Shown: positions 1-9,677 of the stretch, piece after piece
Layout: every line of letters starts with the position of its first letter
Position numbering within the stretch: the first letter of the stretch is position 1
IMG/VR virus record: IMGVR_UViG_3300020732_000008
Location: 39,933-103,932 of that record
Length of the DNA: 64,000 nt
Source: a virus
Direction: 5' to 3' (one strand)
Position numbers and translations under genes: made by a program
Notes under the pieces: model-generated
The model's input: only the letters and a program-made list of their open reading frames with translations
What the model was told of the DNA's origin: nothing
The model's database searches: none

Positions 1-255
1 ACCATCGGGAGCGTTCCAACGAATATTTTGAGTGCCGTCTTCATTTTTAGTAACAAAGATATCAAATGGGGTTACTAACATGTATCCACTGATCAAAACA
101 TCTAAAAAGGGTATGCAGGCCTTCATACCGGGATCACCGGTAGAAAGCTCTAGCTCGCCCTTCTTCCACCAACCAGGAACAAAGTTCTTTGCTGGTTGGG
201 GTACACCTACGGACGAGTTAATGCCGGTGGATGGCACAAATCTAATAAGCTTCAT
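1..255 (-). CDS. Hypothetical phage protein, runs off window edge (MKLIRFVPSTG...KACIPFLDVLISGY...)
   Basis: Read manually: ATG at 255 with upstream GAAGGA, open to position 1, same strand as neighbours. The K-x-C-x-P-F-L-D motif is typical of a conserved phage family. Not in the ORF track. Confidence 0.75.
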   Translation of the reverse strand, partial: MKLIRFVPSTGINSSVGVPQPAKNFVPGWWKKGELELSTGDPGMKACIPFLDVLISGYMLVTPFDIFVTKNEDGTQNIRWNAPDG

Positions 256-295
256 ATGTTCCTTCTTATACTCCGAATTATTAAAAGATTATATA

Positions 296-580
296 TTACG
301 CCTTAGGAAGACCTGTAACTGGATCTAAAGTTTGAGGAGAAGCTAAGTTTGCATTAGGGTTTGTAAAGACCCCCGTAGCAGCATCGTAGGTCCAGCCCAT
401 TTGAGCTTGCCCATTCTCGATCTGTACGAAGGTAGGCTGCGCCATGAAACGTGCAGCATCTACACCCTGAAGATTCATAACCTGATTTACAACGCCATCA
501 ATAATGAGGGCTATAAAGTAAGGTTGTGTAGGAATCGCCACAGGTTGAGGTACTGGTGGTAGTGGGGGGAGCGTTGTCAT
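296..580 (-). CDS. Small tail-fibre-associated hypothetical protein
   Basis: ALIIDGVVNQV...GWTYD pattern is typical of small ORFs beside phage fibre genes. Confidence 0.6.
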   Translation of the reverse strand: MTTLPPLPPVPQPVAIPTQPYFIALIIDGVVNQVMNLQGVDAARFMAQPTFVQIENGQAQMGWTYDAATGVFTNPNANLASPQTLDPVTGLPKA

Positions 581-592
581 TGCTGACCTTTC

Positions 593-1747
593 TTAGTAAT
601 TTGGAGTAGCGCTGTAGTCATCCAGGGAATTACCCTGGTTGTATGAAGAAGGTGAAAGAACTATACCATAGGTGGTTGATACGGTGGCTCCTGTAGCCGT
701 GTAGACAAGGTCAGATCCTACCTGTGTTACCAGATTATCAGAGTAAACCTTTATGTCTATATTCTTATTATTTTGGTTGGCTGTAACTGAAAAGGCCTTG
801 ATAACTGAGGCTACGGTCCACTGATACAGCTGGCTTACCGCATTAGCTATAGACTGCAGTACCTGGACAGTAACTGGGTAACAGGTCTGGCAATTACAGG
901 AATAGTTAGTTCCAGCAACATAGGAACAGCTATTGCAACCAGAATAATAGGTGTTTCCGCTAACGCAGCTATTGCAACCTGAATAGTAGGGAGTTCCTGC
1001 GTTTGTATTACAGGTCTGATCTGAGTTACAACTGTTGCATCCCGCATAGTAGGTGTTTTGATAGCAAGGTCCGGCAGCGTTAACGTAGTTATAACAACCG
1101 TATCCACCACCAGAACCACATCCATAACAGCATATTTGAGCCGCATTTCCAGGTACACAGTACTGGTTAGTACCACAGGGGCTGTGGGTACAGTACTGGT
1201 TACCAGCGTATGTGCAGTATTGGTTTCCAGCGTTAGTTCCACATACGGAGCTATTGCAATATGAATTAGATCCACAAGGGTTACTATTACAAGCAGTGTA
1301 TCCGTTATTACAGGTCTGACAGTTACAGCTAGTAGAGCTTTGACTTGATGTTACAGCAAACCAGTTTCCGCTATCTGTAGCCCACAAAACTAGTCCTGTT
1401 CCATCTCCGGCACTATCAATAGTTTGGGTTACTGAGGCTGCTCCCTGACCAATGCTTTGAGTGGCGATAGGGTATGTTGAAGGGTTGTCAGTAGTAGTAG
1501 CAGCGCCGGTTTTAACAAACCAGTTGCCTCTAAGAGCGGTCCAGGGTTGTCCGCTATCAGCGGTGCCTAAACCGGTAGTGGTATCTGCACGAGTAAACGT
1601 ATCAGAGATTAAGGCAGCAAACCAAAGTCTCCAAGTGGTTCCTACCTTTACAAAGCCCTGGCTTACAGTTCTCCAAGAATTACCGACTTTTACATTGACG
1701 CCTGAAATTGTGCGCCAGGTACCATTTATGTTTACCTTACCAGTCAT
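593..1747 (-). CDS. Virion/fibre protein with central Cys-rich repeat domain
   Basis: N-terminal VKVGxxWR repeats and DTFTRAD motif; central GNQYC and YYSGCNSC repeats. Confidence 0.6.
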   Translation of the reverse strand: MTGKVNINGTWRTISGVNVKVGNSWRTVSQGFVKVGTTWRLWFAALISDTFTRADTTTGLGTADSGQPWTALRGNWFVKTGAATTTDNPSTYPIATQSIGQGAASVTQTIDSAGDGTGLVLWATDSGNWFAVTSSQSSTSCNCQTCNNGYTACNSNPCGSNSYCNSSVCGTNAGNQYCTYAGNQYCTHSPCGTNQYCVPGNAAQICCYGCGSGGGYGCYNYVNAAGPCYQNTYYAGCNSCNSDQTCNTNAGTPYYSGCNSCVSGNTYYSGCNSCSYVAGTNYSCNCQTCYPVTVQVLQSIANAVSQLYQWTVASVIKAFSVTANQNNKNIDIKVYSDNLVTQVGSDLVYTATGATVSTTYGIVLSPSSYNQGNSLDDYSATPNY

Positions 1748-1983
1748 TACACGTATACCAACCAGACGTCGCCATCTTGACCCTGGCTATTTGTAGGGGT
1801 TGCAATAGAGGATGTAGTGTTTCTTACAACATTGAGGGAGCTGTTTGAGGTTGTTACTTGTCCGTTAGAAACGGCCACAGCACCGAGTGATGTGGCGGTA
1901 ATTCCTAGAGAAGCTGCACTAATCTGTGCAGATCCAAACGATACCCATTGATTTGTAGATGCATTCCATTTAGCGATAGTCAT
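1747..1983 (-). CDS. Small structural hypothetical protein
   Basis: C-terminal GQDGDVWL fibre motif; translationally coupled. Confidence 0.6.
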   Translation of the reverse strand: MTIAKWNASTNQWVSFGSAQISAASLGITATSLGAVAVSNGQVTTSNSSLNVVRNTTSSIATPTNSQGQDGDVWLVYV

Positions 1984-2564
1984 TAGTTAACTCCGTAGAC
2001 TAATGCGGTTCCTGACATGGAGCCGGTAGACAATACAAGGTTTACAGAAGAAATTGCTACAGAAGATTTATAGAGACCGGCTGCCATAATAGCTGTTCCG
2101 TTATTTCCCTCTAAACGTCCCATCTGCCAAGATGTAGTATCCTGAGTATCTTGAAGAGTTATGATCAATCCGTTAGTAGTCACTCCAGAAGATAGTGGTA
2201 CTTGAAACAGAGCAGATGTGATAGTTGATCCACCAATAATGGCTCCAGCATAATCAGAGGAGCCGGTGCCGCCATCACTATTTAAAGTGATAGTAAGGTT
2301 AGCGGCAGCACTAGCGGTTAGTCCTTGAATTACGATACATACATCTTTATATGATGGGTTTACTGCAAGGTTAACAGTTCCTCCGCTTAGGGTGACCTGA
2401 GACATTAGGTTCTTTCCAGCATTGTTTAACGGGCTGGCATTCATCCACACATCGCCATCAGATGGGTTTGAAGGGGTATTGGTTCCTACAAACAGTCTGC
2501 TGCTTGCATTAGTGTCTGTAAATCTAAGGGGACTTGAGGGTACCCCGTTTTTTGCTACTGCCAT
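1983..2564 (-). CDS. Putative tail/fibre protein
   Basis: PSNPSDGDVWM motif and C-terminal SGTALVYGVN motif. Confidence 0.6.
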   Translation of the reverse strand: MAVAKNGVPSSPLRFTDTNASSRLFVGTNTPSNPSDGDVWMNASPLNNAGKNLMSQVTLSGGTVNLAVNPSYKDVCIVIQGLTASAAANLTITLNSDGGTGSSDYAGAIIGGSTITSALFQVPLSSGVTTNGLIITLQDTQDTTSWQMGRLEGNNGTAIMAAGLYKSSVAISSVNLVLSTGSMSGTALVYGVN

Positions 2565-2575
2565 TTACTTACTCC

Positions 2576-2917
2576 TTAGGAGAGCTCTGAGCCAAAAGCC
2601 TGGAATGCCAAGCCGGTGCTGGTGCTATACGCACCGATTAGATCGTTAGGAGCTAAGGTAATTCCAAGGGTATAGGTGATAGTTTCACCGGCTGCTACGG
2701 AAGCACCGTAAGCGATGTATTGCTTTGTTGAGAGGGTAGCCCCACCCTGACGTACGGCAATGTTATACGTGGCAGTGTTACTGCTGGTATTGCATACAGT
2801 TATTGTTGAGATTACTGAGCCGAGGACGTTGCTGTTAACTGAGTAGATTACCGACTCATTTGTACCTACGCCTGATGTGGGATTAACCTGCCCCAGGATT
2901 TTATAAGCTGTTGCCAA
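2576..2917 (-). CDS. Small virion structural protein
   Basis: MATAYKILGQ...AFGSE beta-sandwich family common in freshwater phage structural regions. Confidence 0.65.
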   Translation of the reverse strand: MATAYKILGQVNPTSGVGTNESVIYSVNSNVLGSVISTITVCNTSSNTATYNIAVRQGGATLSTKQYIAYGASVAAGETITYTLGITLAPNDLIGAYSTSTGLAFQAFGSELS

Positions 2918-4004
2918 CTGAAGGCTCCTTTAAATAGAAAGCAAGATTTTGTTGAAGACGTACTTCATTTGGTTGCAATTCTACAGCCTTAGTGCCATAT
3001 TTAATGGCTCTTTCTAAGAGAACTTTAGCCTCTTCAAGATCAGATTCAGTGGTAGATAGGTAATAGCAGGATATGGCAGCATAATCCCAAGGCTGTGGTC
3101 CCCACGCCCATGACTCACATAGGAAATCCAAAGGCTTTTCTTCAATAGATAAAGCTAAAGTAGATGCTTCTAGGCATTCTTCCCAACGCTTTTCTTCATA
3201 GTAAAGCTTAGCCAATTCCACATAAGCTTCACGACGTGCAGGGTCTTCTTCTACAGCTGCCTTAAACCACTTGATCATTTCCTCTAAATCTGGGGAAACC
3301 ATATTAGCTATGTAACGCATAGCTGCAGCACGCTCTGGCTTCCATTGAGCATGGGGCATAGATAGGTATCGTTTAAACTCCTCAATTGCTTGAGGATATT
3401 GGGTGTGAAAGAAAAGCTCACGGGCATAGTAGAAAGAACTCCGCTCATCATTGGGAGCTTCTTGAACTGTAAGAGCTAAAAGAGGCAGGTACTGTCCACG
3501 TGATTTAGATGCATCAGCACGGTGGTGTATCTCAAGATCAATATACTCTGCCGTCTCTTCAATGCGGTCTGGGACTAGGATCTCGTGTACGGCATTCTTC
3601 CAACGATACCCATGACGTGTGTGGATGTGATCCCCACCAAAGGTTAATCCCGGGGTACCATCTGGATTAAAGTTCCAAGTGTACTGGTAACGAGGTCGTG
3701 TGACCTTGGTCTTTTCAAGAGCCTTACGCCATCCAGGCATAAGCATCTCATCCATATCGACGGATACACAATAGTCAATGTTGTCTGGAAGTAGGGCTAG
3801 GGCCGCATTACGGGCGTCATCAAACCGCCAAGGCTTAACGCTGATTGTGTGGCACACAATACCAAGGGACTTAGCTAGCTCTACGGTTTTATCTGTAGAT
3901 CCAGTATCAACTATCATAAGATAGTCAGCGTCCTTATTGTGCTGAGCCCAACGAGCTACATGCTGCTCTTCATTAAGGGCAATAGTGTATACAGCTATTT
4001 TCAT
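2901..4004 (-). CDS. Glycosyltransferase family 2 with C-terminal TPR repeats
   Basis: IVDTGSTDKT, RFDDARNAAL, DxD-type SVDMDE, VHE; TPR-like helices in the C-terminal half. Confidence 0.9.
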   Translation of the reverse strand: MKIAVYTIALNEEQHVARWAQHNKDADYLMIVDTGSTDKTVELAKSLGIVCHTISVKPWRFDDARNAALALLPDNIDYCVSVDMDEMLMPGWRKALEKTKVTRPRYQYTWNFNPDGTPGLTFGGDHIHTRHGYRWKNAVHEILVPDRIEETAEYIDLEIHHRADASKSRGQYLPLLALTVQEAPNDERSSFYYARELFFHTQYPQAIEEFKRYLSMPHAQWKPERAAAMRYIANMVSPDLEEMIKWFKAAVEEDPARREAYVELAKLYYEEKRWEECLEASTLALSIEEKPLDFLCESWAWGPQPWDYAAISCYYLSTTESDLEEAKVLLERAIKYGTKAVELQPNEVRLQQNLAFYLKEPSVGNSL

Positions 4005-4010
4005 AGCTTA

Positions 4011-4016
4011 AGTATA
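4011..4016 (-). promoter_or_regulatory. -10 box TATACT, 6 nt before the ATG (probable leaderless promoter)
   Basis: TATACT-taagct-ATG with no SD sequence. Confidence 0.55.
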
Positions 4017-4019
4017 GCG

Positions 4020-4442
4020 TTAGTTAGTACCAGCTAAGTTAGACATAACTTGACGGCCATAGATTGTGGTTCCACCGTCAGGGCTAAGGAACTCATAGAT
4101 GCTACGAGCAGTAGTAGCCTGTCCCGGAGCAGTTCCAGCGTGCCAAGTAATTCCCGTCCAAGTAACTGTATAGGTAGATGGGTTAGAAATCTCTAAGTAC
4201 CACTTATGGGCGTATGTTGATGGCATAGTTGCAACATTCCAAGATAGGGTTGCATTACCAGAAAGAACAACCTTTGAGTACCCGCTACCAGCATTTGTGC
4301 TTCCAGCGATATTCTGATTAGGTGCTCCTAAAGAGACAGTGCCAGAGACTCCAGTTGTATATGAACCTGTGTAAGTTGTTCCAGCGTTAATGTATGCAAG
4401 AGTATTCTTTTGCATAGGCTGTGGATATTCTGTAATAGGCAT
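4020..4442 (-). CDS. Tail-fibre-related protein
   Basis: TVTWTGITW...DGGTTIYG motif shared with the two upstream paralogues. Confidence 0.6.
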   Translation of the reverse strand: MPITEYPQPMQKNTLAYINAGTTYTGSYTTGVSGTVSLGAPNQNIAGSTNAGSGYSKVVLSGNATLSWNVATMPSTYAHKWYLEISNPSTYTVTWTGITWHAGTAPGQATTARSIYEFLSPDGGTTIYGRQVMSNLAGTN

Positions 4443-4993
4443 TAGTTCTGTGCCACTACCCTTCCTAGAAATAAAACGCCGTCAGTAGTAAATATCTCAA
4501 CAAGGAGATAGCTTTGAACTGCAGAGGGTGGATTTCCACCATTTTCCCATCTAATTTGGGGAGTAAAGGGTACATATCCATTATACTGAGCTTGAAAGAC
4601 GATAGAGTTTCCAGCAGCGTTTGGTATAAACTCAACGTAAAAACTAGAGCCTACTTGAGCAGCAATTACCCCTCCAAGTCCAACTCCCGCACTGGCAGCA
4701 TCTGTCTGTCCTAGATTATTTGCCTGCACTTGTCCATAGATGTTGGCTGGAGTGGTACCTGCGTAAGGAAAAAGATCGTTACCGACAGGATGGAGTGGGT
4801 ATGCCGTTACATCTATGCTCGCATAAAAAGTAGACGTTGACGGTTTAAAAATTCTAATATAAGGAGTTGTCCAAGCGCTAAAGTAAACACCAGAGGCGGG
4901 ATTAGTAAAAGTTGTCTTAACAATAGATGCGGTTGCAGTGTTGTACGCTGTATTAGCGCCAACAAGTACCGCTGGGGTTGAGGTAAGTGTCAT
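4442..4993 (-). CDS. Tail-fibre-related protein
   Basis: IRWENGGNPP...FTTDG..FLG motif. Confidence 0.55.
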   Translation of the reverse strand: MTLTSTPAVLVGANTAYNTATASIVKTTFTNPASGVYFSAWTTPYIRIFKPSTSTFYASIDVTAYPLHPVGNDLFPYAGTTPANIYGQVQANNLGQTDAASAGVGLGGVIAAQVGSSFYVEFIPNAAGNSIVFQAQYNGYVPFTPQIRWENGGNPPSAVQSYLLVEIFTTDGVLFLGRVVAQN

Positions 4994-5003
4994 AGTCTAT
5001 TCC

Positions 5004-5480
5004 TTAGAATGAGTAAAGTAGCTTGCCATTGATAGTAACCCCATCAAAACTGGTAAATAGAAGAGTAGGAGCACCGCTTCCAATGCTCGCCGGTGCTGAT
5101 CCACCATCCCACACAACGTTATTAAATGTAAGGGTGTACGATGTTGGAGCTACAGTGACTCTCCATACTGTTGGCTGGTACATGGTCACACCGTAGGCGT
5201 CTACATACGTACCAGGCATTCCCACAAAGTTAACCGTTAAGTTTGATGTTAAATTAAGCAAACTAATAAAAGCACCATCAGTAGGATTTATTGTAAGGGT
5301 AGAAGTTGTAGCAATTGCAGCCTTTTGCTTACCACCAAGAGTTGTAGCTACATTGTAATTTCCCCAACTTCCAGCGGCTGGACTGGTCAGGTTAAATACT
5401 TGAACACGAGAAAGGTGAGCACTATTCTGGACAATATCCTGGGACTGTCCAAGTACCTGTGGCACTGAGGTGACTGACAT
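5004..5480 (-). CDS. Tail-fibre-related protein
   Basis: VVWDGGSAP...FTSFDGVTING motif. Confidence 0.55.
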   Translation of the reverse strand: MSVTSVPQVLGQSQDIVQNSAHLSRVQVFNLTSPAAGSWGNYNVATTLGGKQKAAIATTSTLTINPTDGAFISLLNLTSNLTVNFVGMPGTYVDAYGVTMYQPTVWRVTVAPTSYTLTFNNVVWDGGSAPASIGSGAPTLLFTSFDGVTINGKLLYSF

Positions 5481-5767
5481 TACTTCCTCTTTCTAAACAA
5501 AGACTTACGCTGAGGTACTTCTTCTACTTCAATAACTTCTTCGGCTTCATCAAAGCCGGTACCGTTCCATAGTGTACGAGAGACACCCGTAAGGGTATCT
5601 GGATACCAAACACCGTTTTCAAATGTCCACCCTACCGTTGGGCGTGGTTCTGCATCTGTTACATCCACCTGAGTTAGGTGGGCTACATCTGGACCGAGAT
5701 CTTGACCGAGTGTGGCGACAACCAGGTGTTTAACCTGGTTGCCGTCCATTAGAGCTATATATGCCAT
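5480..5767 (-). CDS. Small fibre-associated hypothetical protein
   Basis: P-x-VGWTFENGVW motif, similar to 296-580. Confidence 0.6.
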   Translation of the reverse strand: MAYIALMDGNQVKHLVVATLGQDLGPDVAHLTQVDVTDAEPRPTVGWTFENGVWYPDTLTGVSRTLWNGTGFDEAEEVIEVEEVPQRKSLFRKRK

Positions 5768-5773
5768 CCTAAG

Positions 5774-5779
5774 AGTTTA
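5774..5779 (-). promoter_or_regulatory. -10 box TAAACT, 6 nt before the ATG (probable leaderless promoter)
   Basis: TAAACT-cttagg-ATG. Confidence 0.5.
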
Positions 5780-5781
5780 CC

Positions 5782-8700
5782 TTAGAATGTTTGCTTATCG
5801 AACCAACGAATGATCGCTAGACCGTCTGATCCATTACCACCGTTAGAGTTGTAACCGAGGTATGCAAGGCCTGACATATCGAGATCGACGATATCGCCGG
5901 CATCGAAGTAGTCACCTTCCCATGTTACGTCAAACAAGTAAGCGTTAGATGGTGCAGCTAGAGTTGTCCAGCCACCAACCTGTGTGTAGGTACCGTTAAC
6001 GCCGAGGTAGTTAGTTGTGTTAACTGCGGTGAAGACGATATCAACGAGAGGACGATCTTCACGAATAATCGTGTTGGTCTGATCCTTCCAACGGATTGTT
6101 GGACGTACACGCTTTGTTGTTCCTGAGAACACTGGGCTGTTGATCGTTGAAGTTGGAGACGAGGTCAAACGAGCTGCAAGCGTTGGGATGGTGATAACTG
6201 TACGAGGCAAGATCTGGAATGTCTGAGACATTGTTGTGACCTTGAAGTTACCGTCATCCTGTACTGTGATACGAAGACCGTTAGAACCTGAAACAATCGC
6301 TGCAGATGAGCTTGGCTCAATATCTGTGGCGTTATAAAGTGGGATCCACTTGTAGTACTCAGGTGAAGCGGCTTCGTATGAAACAGCGAGGTTTGCAGGG
6401 AAGTGCAAGATTGGCTGATCTGGAGCCTGACCAAAGTTGGTCGAACCTCCACCGCCACCGGCACCGGTGTTAGCAATAGCGTCGATACCACGGGCAAAGT
6501 AGTTACCCATAGCTGAACCCCAAGAGGTAATAGTTGACTGGGTTAGGTCGACGATGAAGTTACCGCCACCCTTACCGCCGCCAGCTACTCCACGACCTGG
6601 AACCATCTGTCCATTGAACTGCGCACCAGTAGGTGTTGTAAGGTTGGTAGCACCACCTTGGATGTTGGCGTTAGTACCTGATACAGACCAAGTAGACCAA
6701 CCAGCTCCACCGCCTCCGCCACCAAGGGCGACGCCGACAAGTGAACCAGAGTTAAGACCTGAGATAACGGTACCTTGTCCACCATCACCAGCGTAGCCAG
6801 GGATTACGGTGTTGTTGTTACCGGTATTCATAATGGCGAATCCGCCGTTGTTACCACGCTGAGGGAATGAAGGTTGAGTGTAAGCAGCGGTTGTCTGCCA
6901 TCCACCTGTCCAGTTCATTGTGGTTGAAGCTGATGTTGACTGCAAGAAGCTCTGACCATTCTGACCAGGTGTGAGAGATCCTCCACCACCGCCAGCAAGA
7001 GCAAGAGCTGCTGAAGTTGAGTTGTAAGCTGCGTGACCGCCGTTGTTAGCACCCTGAATACCAAACATCCAGTAGATGTTGTTAGAGTTGTAGGTACCTC
7101 CACCTCCGCCGCCTTCTGCTGCAAGAGTCCATCCGGAGATCAAACGGGAAGCACCAGTCTGACCTTCGTAGTAGATCGTTGCACCGTCAGGGCGCTTTGG
7201 AAGCGTTGCGGTTGCTGAAGCTTCAAGTACAGGGTAGAGCATGTTGTACTGAATGTTGTTCACAGTAGCTGACTGAGCACCGTTAAGTACGGAGAAACCT
7301 ACACGAGCGTAAGCAGCTGCGGCCACTGGCTGGTAACCGGATGTAGTTGCTACTGGAGCCACTGCACCGTTTACACCAACACGAGCACCGTAGTTAGCGG
7401 CTGGCATTTCAGTTGCGTTAGCAGCATATCCTGTGTAACCAAGGAACATGTTTGGACCAACAGAACGTGAAAGAACGTTGTAATCAGCATCAAGCCATTC
7501 AATAAATGCGTTGATTGGACGATACTGGTTAGCAAGACCAGAGCCATAAACCCACATAGAAGCTGAGTAAGTGGTACCTGCGGTAACACGTACTGGACGG
7601 TGAGCGGTTTCAATGTTGCCAGTCGTGGCTGTGTATGAGTTAAGAACCATAGAGGTTTCAAAGCCATAAACAGGAGGCTGCCATGTTGTTGGGGTTCCAC
7701 CAAGTTCAAGCTGAACGTTGTCGACCCAGAAGGTTGTGCTTGGCTGCTGGAACAAGATAACTGGATATACGAACTGAGGTGTTGAACCGTAGGCGTATGT
7801 TCCGTTTGAGAGTGTTGCAGCAATTGCTGGGGTTGTAAAGGTTGTTGATACACGACGCCATCCTGCAGGAATAAACTGCGATCCGGTTGGTGTACCAAAG
7901 GTGATCGATGTAGAGGCTGGAAGGGCTGCTGTAAGAGCAGTTCCGATTACGATCTGAGTTGAGTTAACGATAGAAGAAATCGCTACACCAGATGCAAGAC
8001 CAGTTACTGAAGAGGATACAGTCATACCAGCAATAAGGTTAGCTGTGCTTGTCAAGGTGATTGTTGTTGCACCCTGAGCGTTTGTTCCTGAAGAAGATGT
8101 GGTTACTGAAGCACCATATCCTGTAAGAGGAGCAGGCTGACCTTGACGTACGAAGAAGCCGTTTGCCTGACCAGCATCGATAGAAGAGGTAGTTCCTGAG
8201 GTTGTACCACCAAGGTAGTTAGCGTTAACTGCTGCGTTGTAAGAGTTACCAACAGAACGAAGCTGGAACAAAACCGGTGTAGTTGTTGTAACAGTGGCGT
8301 TTGAGTAGATGTACGCAGACAAGGTGTAGGTCTGACCTGGGATATAAGGGATACCTGTAGAACCGGTAGTTGTGACACCACCAGTTGAAACAGTTGTACC
8401 TGTAAAGGAGGTGAAGTTAACCCATGAAGGTGAGGCTGTAGAAACACCAGAACCGGTAACGACGTTAAGTGAGTTCTGCCCTACAGTTCCCGCATAAGAA
8501 GCAACAACTGGGGTAGAAGACATCGTTGTAGCAATTGTCTGGTTAAGGGTTACAACGTTACCTGAAATGTTGACGATGAAGGTACCAGTTGAGAGGTAAC
8601 CTGCAGCAACAAGGAACATGTCAGGCAAGAGGTTAGCTGTGCTAGCCAAGGTTAGCTGGTAAGAACCAGAGTTACCTGTACCTGTTGTTGTAAGAACCGA

Positions 8701-9645
8701 ACCAACCTGTTCCGCTAACTTAGCAGGAAGACCTGAGTTAGTTAAAGCGAAGGTAGCAAATGCTGTACCGTTTTGCTGAATCAAGCTGTTTGAGATAAGT
8801 GTTGTATCTTCAAGCTGAGCAAGACGAGGTGGGAGAAGGTTGTTAGAAAGGTTTGCACTCTGATTAGAAGAGTAGCTGTTGTTAGTAAATGTATTCGTAC
8901 CAGAAAGTGCGTCAATACCAACCTGGTTTGTCTGATAGAACAAGATCTGGCCCTGCTGGATGGTTGAATCACCGTTGTCGAAACGAACGATGCCTGAAAC
9001 AGCACCTGAGTTAGCCACTGTCAAGTTAACAATGTTACCGACTACAGAAGAAACCTGGGTGTTAGATCCAAGACCTGAGGTTGTTGTTGCAACTTCAGGA
9101 GAAGCAGTTGTAACTGCTGATCCACCGTAGACGTACTGTCCAACAACGATACCGTTAGCGTTAGGGAATACTTCGATAGAAGATTGTCCCGAGATACCTG
9201 TAGCACCACGGTAGAGAACTTCTGGATCCCAACCAAGAACGTTAAGGTCAAAGTCTGGGTTAGTGAGGTAGTTCCATACTGTTACAGAACCAAATGTGGT
9301 TGTACCACCGTTAGTTCCTGGAAGAGTAGAGGTTGTATCAGATGCGGCGGTAAGTGCGCCGAGGCCACCTTGTCCACCTGCACCGATTAGAATTGGGTAA
9401 GCAGTACCTGGTGTTACAGAAAGATTCTGAACTACGACGGCACCACCGGCGCCACCACCACCTGCTGAGTACTGTGATCCACCACCGCCACCGCCACCGG
9501 CACCAACAAGGATGACCTGTGCGGAGCTTACACCTGCTGGAGCTGTCCAGGTGCCACTAGTGGTAAAAACCTGCTCCTTGATATTGACGCGACCAGAGTT
9601 GTCGTTAGGAAAGACAACGAGATCTTTATATGAAGAAATTGCCAT
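5782..9645 (-). CDS. Large glycine-rich virion/fibre protein with inserted carbohydrate-binding-like modules
   Basis: FTTSGTWTAPAGV...VGAGGGGG start and GGNGSDGLAIIRW end; internal GQTYTLSAYI...FWVDNVQLELG CBM-like module. Confidence 0.75.
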   Translation of the reverse strand: MAISSYKDLVVFPNDNSGRVNIKEQVFTTSGTWTAPAGVSSAQVILVGAGGGGGGGSQYSAGGGGAGGAVVVQNLSVTPGTAYPILIGAGGQGGLGALTAASDTTSTLPGTNGGTTTFGSVTVWNYLTNPDFDLNVLGWDPEVLYRGATGISGQSSIEVFPNANGIVVGQYVYGGSAVTTASPEVATTTSGLGSNTQVSSVVGNIVNLTVANSGAVSGIVRFDNGDSTIQQGQILFYQTNQVGIDALSGTNTFTNNSYSSNQSANLSNNLLPPRLAQLEDTTLISNSLIQQNGTAFATFALTNSGLPAKLAEQVGSVLTTTGTGNSGSYQLTLASTANLLPDMFLVAAGYLSTGTFIVNISGNVVTLNQTIATTMSSTPVVASYAGTVGQNSLNVVTGSGVSTASPSWVNFTSFTGTTVSTGGVTTTGSTGIPYIPGQTYTLSAYIYSNATVTTTTPVLFQLRSVGNSYNAAVNANYLGGTTSGTTSSIDAGQANGFFVRQGQPAPLTGYGASVTTSSSGTNAQGATTITLTSTANLIAGMTVSSSVTGLASGVAISSIVNSTQIVIGTALTAALPASTSITFGTPTGSQFIPAGWRRVSTTFTTPAIAATLSNGTYAYGSTPQFVYPVILFQQPSTTFWVDNVQLELGGTPTTWQPPVYGFETSMVLNSYTATTGNIETAHRPVRVTAGTTYSASMWVYGSGLANQYRPINAFIEWLDADYNVLSRSVGPNMFLGYTGYAANATEMPAANYGARVGVNGAVAPVATTSGYQPVAAAAYARVGFSVLNGAQSATVNNIQYNMLYPVLEASATATLPKRPDGATIYYEGQTGASRLISGWTLAAEGGGGGGTYNSNNIYWMFGIQGANNGGHAAYNSTSAALALAGGGGGSLTPGQNGQSFLQSTSASTTMNWTGGWQTTAAYTQPSFPQRGNNGGFAIMNTGNNNTVIPGYAGDGGQGTVISGLNSGSLVGVALGGGGGGAGWSTWSVSGTNANIQGGATNLTTPTGAQFNGQMVPGRGVAGGGKGGGNFIVDLTQSTITSWGSAMGNYFARGIDAIANTGAGGGGGSTNFGQAPDQPILHFPANLAVSYEAASPEYYKWIPLYNATDIEPSSSAAIVSGSNGLRITVQDDGNFKVTTMSQTFQILPRTVITIPTLAARLTSSPTSTINSPVFSGTTKRVRPTIRWKDQTNTIIREDRPLVDIVFTAVNTTNYLGVNGTYTQVGGWTTLAAPSNAYLFDVTWEGDYFDAGDIVDLDMSGLAYLGYNSNGGNGSDGLAIIRWFDKQTF

Positions 9646-9677
9646 TAGTTAGCTACCTGTCCTTAGGTCCTGAGTTA

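Noticed and set aside
32-328. 98-aa + strand ORF
   Set aside because: It is the antisense shadow of a better minus-strand gene starting at 255.
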